A stretch of DNA of 63,915 nt, the filler included. It is 9 parts of 9 records of this genome, joined end to end, with 100 filler letters (N's around TTAATTAATTAA, not from the genome) between each part and the next. Parts side by side here need not be neighbours in the genome. Positions count along the whole stretch, not along the records: positions 58,789 to 63,915 come from SRR31156797_68373; 8 more parts are not named here. One strand, given 5' to 3'. Both the position numbers and the translations under genes were made by a program. Below the pieces are notes generated by a model that was given only the letters and a program-made list of their open reading frames with translations, was not told where the DNA came from and made no database searches. Within the stretch, counting starts at the first letter, position 1; each line of letters opens with the position of its first letter. This document shows, piece after piece, positions 59,058 through 63,915 of the stretch.

Positions 59058-60995
59058 ATGTTGATCGATAAAAACCTGAGCGGAACGGCCAAAATCGCGG
59101 CAATCTGCATAATTGTTACAGCAACGGCGGGCAGTATTTTTCATTTATACACAGCAGCCTTCGGGCTGCGCCCGGCGCTTGTCCAGAGAAGCATCCACCT
59201 TACTATTGGCATCTTACTCACGTTTTTACTCTTTCCCCTCGGTAAGAAAGAGGGCCGAACCTATCCCATTCGGAGGGCCGTGGATTTTCTTTTGATGGCG
59301 GGCGGGATTACAGCCTGTATTTACATGGCGACCGGCTATAAGGAGTTGGTAAGCCATGTCGGCATCCCCACGAACACCGATTTGGTTTTCGGCGCAATCC
59401 TTTTGGTTGTGACCCTTGAGATTACCCGCAGAACAGTCGGCCCGGCTTTGGTGATTATTGGCTGCCTGGCTATTGCTTACGCCCTATTGGGCGAATATAT
59501 ACCCGGGGCCTGGGGGCACAGAGGCGTCTTTCTGGACGAGCTTCTTGAATATCAGTATCTGACTACAGAGGGCTTGTTTTCGGTTGCACTGGGCGCATCG
59601 GCAAATTTCATTTTTCTTTTTATAATTTTTGGAGGATTTCTTCTTAAATCAGGGATAGGCGAATTTTTTAACGATTTTGCCAATAGCGTCGCCGGGAAAT
59701 ATGACGGCGGTCCTGCCAAGGTGGCGGTTATCAGTTCCGGATTTTTCGGGATGATTTCAGGGGCTGCTGTTGCAAACGTGGCCACCACAGGGGCTTTCAC
59801 TATCCCGATGATGAAGAGGGTGGGATTTAAACCAATAATGGCCGGGGCAATTGAAACCGTGGCCTCGACCGGAGGTCAGTTTATGCCGCCTGTTATGGGC
59901 GCGGTGGCGTTCATAATGGCTGATATGCTGGGCATCCCTTACATTCGCGTCTGCCAGGCCGCCATGTTGCCGGGAGTTCTTTTTTTCTTTTCACTTTTAT
60001 ACATGGTCCACCTGGAAGCCAAGAGATGCGGCATAAAAGGAATGGACCCCAAGGAAATAATCTCATGGAAGGTAACCATTAAGCGGGTGCATCTCGTTAT
60101 CCCTGCCTTGCTGTTGGTTGTGCTGCTTATAGCCGGTTATTCGGCTACATTGGCCGCATTCTGGTCCATCATGGCTATCTTTATAATAAGCGGTTTCAAT
60201 AAAGCGACCCGTATGGGACTCATGCGGACCATAGAAACATTTGTTGAATCTGCCAAAAGCGTTCTACCGGTCCTCTGCGCATGCGCCACGGCCGGTATAG
60301 TTATAGGCGTCGTAACTCAGACCGGCCTGGGCCTCAAGTTTGCCACCCTTATTATTGAGGCGGCGGGCAACATGCTGTTCCTGGCTCTTGTCTTTGTGAT
60401 GATAACCTGCATTATTCTGGGGATGGGACTGACAGTATCCGCTTCTTATATTATTACGGTTATAATTGCCGGACCGGTTCTGATTCAATTAAACGTCGAA
60501 CCGATTGCCGCTCATTTGTTTGTCGTCTACTACGCTGTGTTGAGCTGCATCACGCCGCCGCTGGCTTTGGCAGCGTTTGCCGCTTCAGGAATAGCAAACA
60601 CACCTCCTTTTAAAACTGCGTTTCAATCAATGCGTATGGCGGCCATTGCGTACATTGTGCCGTTTTTGTTCGTCTATAATCCTGCCCTGATCTGGAGCGG
60701 TTCTTGGAGCGAAATCGCCTTGTCTTTTATTCAGGCTGTTGCAGCCTGCATTACTCTGGGGTGCGCTTTGATGGGGTACCTTAATGGAAAACTTAATCTT
60801 CTGTTGAGAGGGCTTTTACTGGCAGCCACGTTTCTGTTTTTCCATACGGGTCTGCTGACCGCTGTAATCGGCGTAGCAGCGCTGGCCGGAGTCTGGTTAA
60901 TACAAGGATCCGCTTCCAGGAAAATCAACGGAACAACAACAGACAAAATAATGCCTTCCGGTGAATTGATAGAAAGCGCCGGGGCAAAAAACTGA
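59058..60995 (+). CDS. TRAP transporter fused permease (DctQM, TAXI type)
   Basis: GGPAKVAV, TGAFTIPMMK, ASTGGQFMPPVMGA, ITPP.ALA. Confidence 0.93.
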   Translation: MLIDKNLSGTAKIAAICIIVTATAGSIFHLYTAAFGLRPALVQRSIHLTIGILLTFLLFPLGKKEGRTYPIRRAVDFLLMAGGITACIYMATGYKELVSHVGIPTNTDLVFGAILLVVTLEITRRTVGPALVIIGCLAIAYALLGEYIPGAWGHRGVFLDELLEYQYLTTEGLFSVALGASANFIFLFIIFGGFLLKSGIGEFFNDFANSVAGKYDGGPAKVAVISSGFFGMISGAAVANVATTGAFTIPMMKRVGFKPIMAGAIETVASTGGQFMPPVMGAVAFIMADMLGIPYIRVCQAAMLPGVLFFFSLLYMVHLEAKRCGIKGMDPKEIISWKVTIKRVHLVIPALLLVVLLIAGYSATLAAFWSIMAIFIISGFNKATRMGLMRTIETFVESAKSVLPVLCACATAGIVIGVVTQTGLGLKFATLIIEAAGNMLFLALVFVMITCIILGMGLTVSASYIITVIIAGPVLIQLNVEPIAAHLFVVYYAVLSCITPPLALAAFAASGIANTPPFKTAFQSMRMAAIAYIVPFLFVYNPALIWSGSWSEIALSFIQAVAACITLGCALMGYLNGKLNLLLRGLLLAATFLFFHTGLLTAVIGVAALAGVWLIQGSASRKINGTTTDKIMPSGELIESAGAKN

Positions 60996-61033
60996 CAAAA
61001 ATCAATTTTAAATAAGACTGAGGAGTAATAATC

Positions 61034-62455
61034 GTGCATGAACTCGTAAAAATGACTGCAAGGCAGATTGTGGAACTACTGAAGAAAAAAGAAATTACTC
61101 CATTGGACCTTGTGGATGTTTCCGCTGATAGGATCAATGAAACAAACGATAAGATCAACGCAATTCCCATCCGGTGCTTTGACCGCGCCAGGGAACGGGC
61201 AAAGAAGCTTATGGATAATCCTCCTGAAGGCAATGAGCCCGGGTTTCTATATGGATTGCCTCTGGCGATCAAGGACCTTGACGATGTTGCCGGCGTACGC
61301 ACAACTCACGGATCCCCTATTTTTAAGAACAACGTGGCTGAGCGATCGGGATATATGGTTGAAACCCTGGAAAAAAACGGCGGATTGGTTGTCGGAAAGT
61401 CGAATACGCCTGAATTCGGATCAGGCTCGACAACTTTTAATGAAGTTTTCGGCGTCACCGTGAATCCCTGGAACACTTCCATGACTTGCGGCGGATCCTC
61501 CGGCGGCGCTGCCGCGGCTTTGGCCTCGGGTCAGGTTTGGCTGGCCCAGGGAACAGATTTCGGCGGCAGCATACGCATACCAGCCAGTTATTGCTCAATA
61601 GTCGGTCTTCGTCCCAGCCCCGGCCGTGTGGCTACCGGCCCCGATTCCATGCCTTTCGCAAGTCTGAGCGTGCGCGGCCCCATGGCCAGAACGGTCGGCG
61701 ACGCTGCCCTGATGCTTGACGCCATGGCTGGAATGCATACCGGCGATCCACGCTCCCTGCCGCGACCTGAAAAGACTTTTGTTAATGCAGTGGATAACCC
61801 GGAGTCTCCCGGCAAGGCTGCTTTTTCACCGGATCTGGGATTAGCGCCGGTTGATCCTGAAGTTATTGATATATGCAGAAAAGCCGCATATTCATTCAAA
61901 GATTCCGGATGCGAGGTGATTGAGGACTGTCCTGATTTTGAAAACGCAATCGATGTATTTCAGACTCTTCGCGCCTCCAATTACGCTGCCCGCATGGAGC
62001 CATTGTTGAATGAACACCGGGAAAAGCTAAAGCCCGAAGTTATTTGGAATATTGAAAAGAGTTTTGATTTGAGCAGCCTTGATATTGCTCGCTCGGAGCG
62101 GGCGCGCGGCCGCATTTACAACAGGATTGTCTCGTTCTTCGAAAATTATGACCTGCTAATTACTCCGACCGTGGTAGCTCCGCCCTTTTCAAAGGATTGG
62201 CGCTATCTTGAAGAAGTTGCCGGAACCAGGCTGGATTCCTATATCGGCTGGCTTGTCATGACATTTGTTATCACTCTGACCGCATGCCCTGCAATTTCAA
62301 TTCCCTGCGGCTTCACCCAATCGGGATTGCCTGTGGGCCTTCAGATCGTCGGCAGGCCGAGAGCTGAAGCGGATGTTCTTTCAGCGGCGGCTCTCTACGA
62401 ATTGAAACACCCTGAATTCTTCAGCACGCCGATCGATCCGCAACCGGCTTCCTGA
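61034..62455 (+). CDS. Amidase-signature family enzyme
   Basis: GLPLAIKD, GKSNTPEFG, GGSSGG, GTDFGGSIR (Ser-cisSer-Lys triad). Confidence 0.93.
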   Translation: MHELVKMTARQIVELLKKKEITPLDLVDVSADRINETNDKINAIPIRCFDRARERAKKLMDNPPEGNEPGFLYGLPLAIKDLDDVAGVRTTHGSPIFKNNVAERSGYMVETLEKNGGLVVGKSNTPEFGSGSTTFNEVFGVTVNPWNTSMTCGGSSGGAAAALASGQVWLAQGTDFGGSIRIPASYCSIVGLRPSPGRVATGPDSMPFASLSVRGPMARTVGDAALMLDAMAGMHTGDPRSLPRPEKTFVNAVDNPESPGKAAFSPDLGLAPVDPEVIDICRKAAYSFKDSGCEVIEDCPDFENAIDVFQTLRASNYAARMEPLLNEHREKLKPEVIWNIEKSFDLSSLDIARSERARGRIYNRIVSFFENYDLLITPTVVAPPFSKDWRYLEEVAGTRLDSYIGWLVMTFVITLTACPAISIPCGFTQSGLPVGLQIVGRPRAEADVLSAAALYELKHPEFFSTPIDPQPAS

Positions 62456-62478
62456 TCAAATAAGCGGGGTAAAGATAA

Positions 62479-62886
62479 GTGAAAATTTACGGACTTTTAT
62501 GCCTCTCTTTATGCATGTTTCTTGGAAATCTGATTGGAGAGCTGATGGGGCGTCTGATAGGTATTAAAGGCAACATCGGCGGCGTCGGTTTTTCAATGCT
62601 TCTTCTTCTGATAATAGTTGACGTATTGAAGAAGAAAAATCTATTCAAACAGGAATCGGAAGAGGGGATCAGGTTCTGGAGCGACATGTATATTCCAGTC
62701 GTCGTGGCCATGACATCGATTCAAAATGTTGCGGCCGCTGTTAATGCCGGGCTTGTGGCGCTTTTGGGGGGAGTGATCACAGTCGCGGTAAGTTTTTTTC
62801 TAATCAGGATATTTAGCAAAATCGGGTCCTCGGCCGAGGAGTTTGAAAGCAATGTCAAACACGACATGCGAAATCCGGTGACTTAA
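62479..62886 (+). CDS. madL: Malonate transporter subunit MadL
   Basis: IYG..L..C, NIGGVGFSM, FWS.MYIP.VVAM..QNV. Confidence 0.88.
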   Translation: MKIYGLLCLSLCMFLGNLIGELMGRLIGIKGNIGGVGFSMLLLLIIVDVLKKKNLFKQESEEGIRFWSDMYIPVVVAMTSIQNVAAAVNAGLVALLGGVITVAVSFFLIRIFSKIGSSAEEFESNVKHDMRNPVT

Positions 62887-63644
62887 TGGAACTGATTCAA
62901 TATATTTTAGTAAAATATAATATTGTCATGTCCTTTATGTTTGTGGGGATGATAATCTTCATCTCCAGAGGCATGGCCAAACTGACAAAGGACAGGATTG
63001 ATTACACCGCCATTGCGTTGATAATCGGATTGACATCTGCCTATATTGGGGGAGTTATTTCGGGCGTCGGTAAGGGTGGATTGTCAAACATAACCATATT
63101 TTCAGGGATGGCGATTCTTGGCGGCGCCATGTTCAGAGATTACGCCATCATCGCTACAGCCATAGGCGCCAATCTGAACGAGATCAGGAAGGCCGGACCG
63201 GCGGCCGCGGCTTCTCTGTTTGTCGGAGTTGCGCTTTCATTCACCGTCGGTGTGATTACAGCCGGCTGTTTCGGCTTTACAGACCCAGTGGATATTACGA
63301 CCATAGGCGCAGGCTGCGTCACGTATATTGTCGGACCTGTTACCGGCACTGCTCTTGGGGCCAGTTCCGCGGTAATATCTCTCAGTATTGCCGCGGGAGT
63401 GACCAAATCAGTTTCCACCATGATCCTTACGCCAATATTCGCTTCAAGAATTGGATTGAATAATCCCAGGTCGGCGCTGGTTTTCGGCGGACTCATGGGA
63501 ACAACCAGCGGAACGGTGGCGGGCCTGGCGGCCGTGGACAAAGATCTTATACCATATGGCGCGCTTACCGCGACTTTCATCACCGGCCTTGGCTGCCTGT
63601 TGTGCCCCTCAATACTCTTTATGGGAATAAAAATGTTTTTTTGA
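62886..63644 (+). CDS. madM: Malonate transporter subunit MadM
   Basis: GGAMFRDYAI, YIVGPVTG, FGGLMGTTSG, PYGALTATF.TG. Confidence 0.9.
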   Translation: MELIQYILVKYNIVMSFMFVGMIIFISRGMAKLTKDRIDYTAIALIIGLTSAYIGGVISGVGKGGLSNITIFSGMAILGGAMFRDYAIIATAIGANLNEIRKAGPAAAASLFVGVALSFTVGVITAGCFGFTDPVDITTIGAGCVTYIVGPVTGTALGASSAVISLSIAAGVTKSVSTMILTPIFASRIGLNNPRSALVFGGLMGTTSGTVAGLAAVDKDLIPYGALTATFITGLGCLLCPSILFMGIKMFF

Positions 63645-63683
63645 TTCTTCAACAGAATTCTTGAACTCATAGGAATGGCCCGA

Positions 63684-63797
63684 GGCTGGAGTTATCGGTG
63701 AGTCCTGCCGCCGGTCTCGAACAAGAGTGAATCTCTATCAGGACGCAAAACCGTAAATGCCGCTGCGAGGGTCGGCAGCCCGGTAATATATAACCGG
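63684..63797 (+). ncRNA. Candidate structured RNA of unassigned family
   Basis: Nested stems GGCT/AGCC, TTA-CGGT/ACCGTAA, GTCCTG/CAGGAC, AGAG/CTCT and a GCCG..GCGA..CGGC hairpin; strand uncertain. Confidence 0.4.
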
Positions 63798-63915
63798 AAA
63801 CGCTTACCCTCAAAAGCGGTTTTCTTCTTTCATATTCCTTCCCATGCGATCACTCCGAATTCTTTTCTTTTAAAACTGAAACAGCAGTTATAGTGGTTCT
63901 CAAAAGTATTTTCCA

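Noticed and set aside
63660-63790. Assignment as glmS ribozyme, c-di-GMP-I or glycine riboswitch
   Set aside because: Missing AGCGCC and GGCGGAUG (glmS), the GGCAAA/GAAA P-loop (c-di-GMP-I), and GGAGA/CCGAAG (glycine); kept only as an unassigned candidate.

Overview
This window is not one genomic locus. It is nine unrelated contig fragments joined by eight artificial 100-nt spacers (N-run + TTAATTAATTAA + N-run), so gene neighbourhoods hold only within a fragment. F1 (1-6499, GC-rich): TRAP/CoA-transferase/MaoC/IolB/LarA-like/SDR catabolic operon. F2 (6600-16080, Bacteroidales-like): 2-oxoacid:ferredoxin oxidoreductase operon interrupted by a four-helix-bundle gene, then SUI1, feoAB and recA. 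F3 (16181-21802): antiporter-EIIA fusion and V/A-type ATPase E/C/A/B. F4 (21903-28933): propeller hybrid kinase and amidohydrolase. F5 (29034-34872, Desulfobacterota-like): MvhD fusion, a predicted Sec-containing HdrD-like protein with SECIS, CoADR-rhodanese, Hsp20 and CooT. F6 (34973-46429, Bacteroidales-like): TetR/LolA-like/ABC permease, Gfo/Idh/MocA, a giant T9SS protein and rplS. F7 (46530-52279, GC-rich): LpoB/YcfL/TPR lipoprotein operon. F8 (52380-58688): DUF1566 lipoprotein, sigma54 activator and exported amidohydrolase. F9 (58789-63915): TAXI-TRAP permease, amidase, madLM and a structured non-coding region. The strongest leads are: (i) an IVP/four-helix-bundle gene inside a protein-coding operon whose two tandem-repeat flanks are mutually complementary, resembling an intervening sequence in an mRNA; (ii) an in-frame UGA plus SECIS that joins two called ORFs; (iii) an LpoB domain nested within another LpoB domain; (iv) a possibly undescribed CoA-dependent sugar-acid pathway; (v) an unassigned structured RNA. 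Family calls come from motif recognition only, no database searches were run, and taxonomic labels are impressions.
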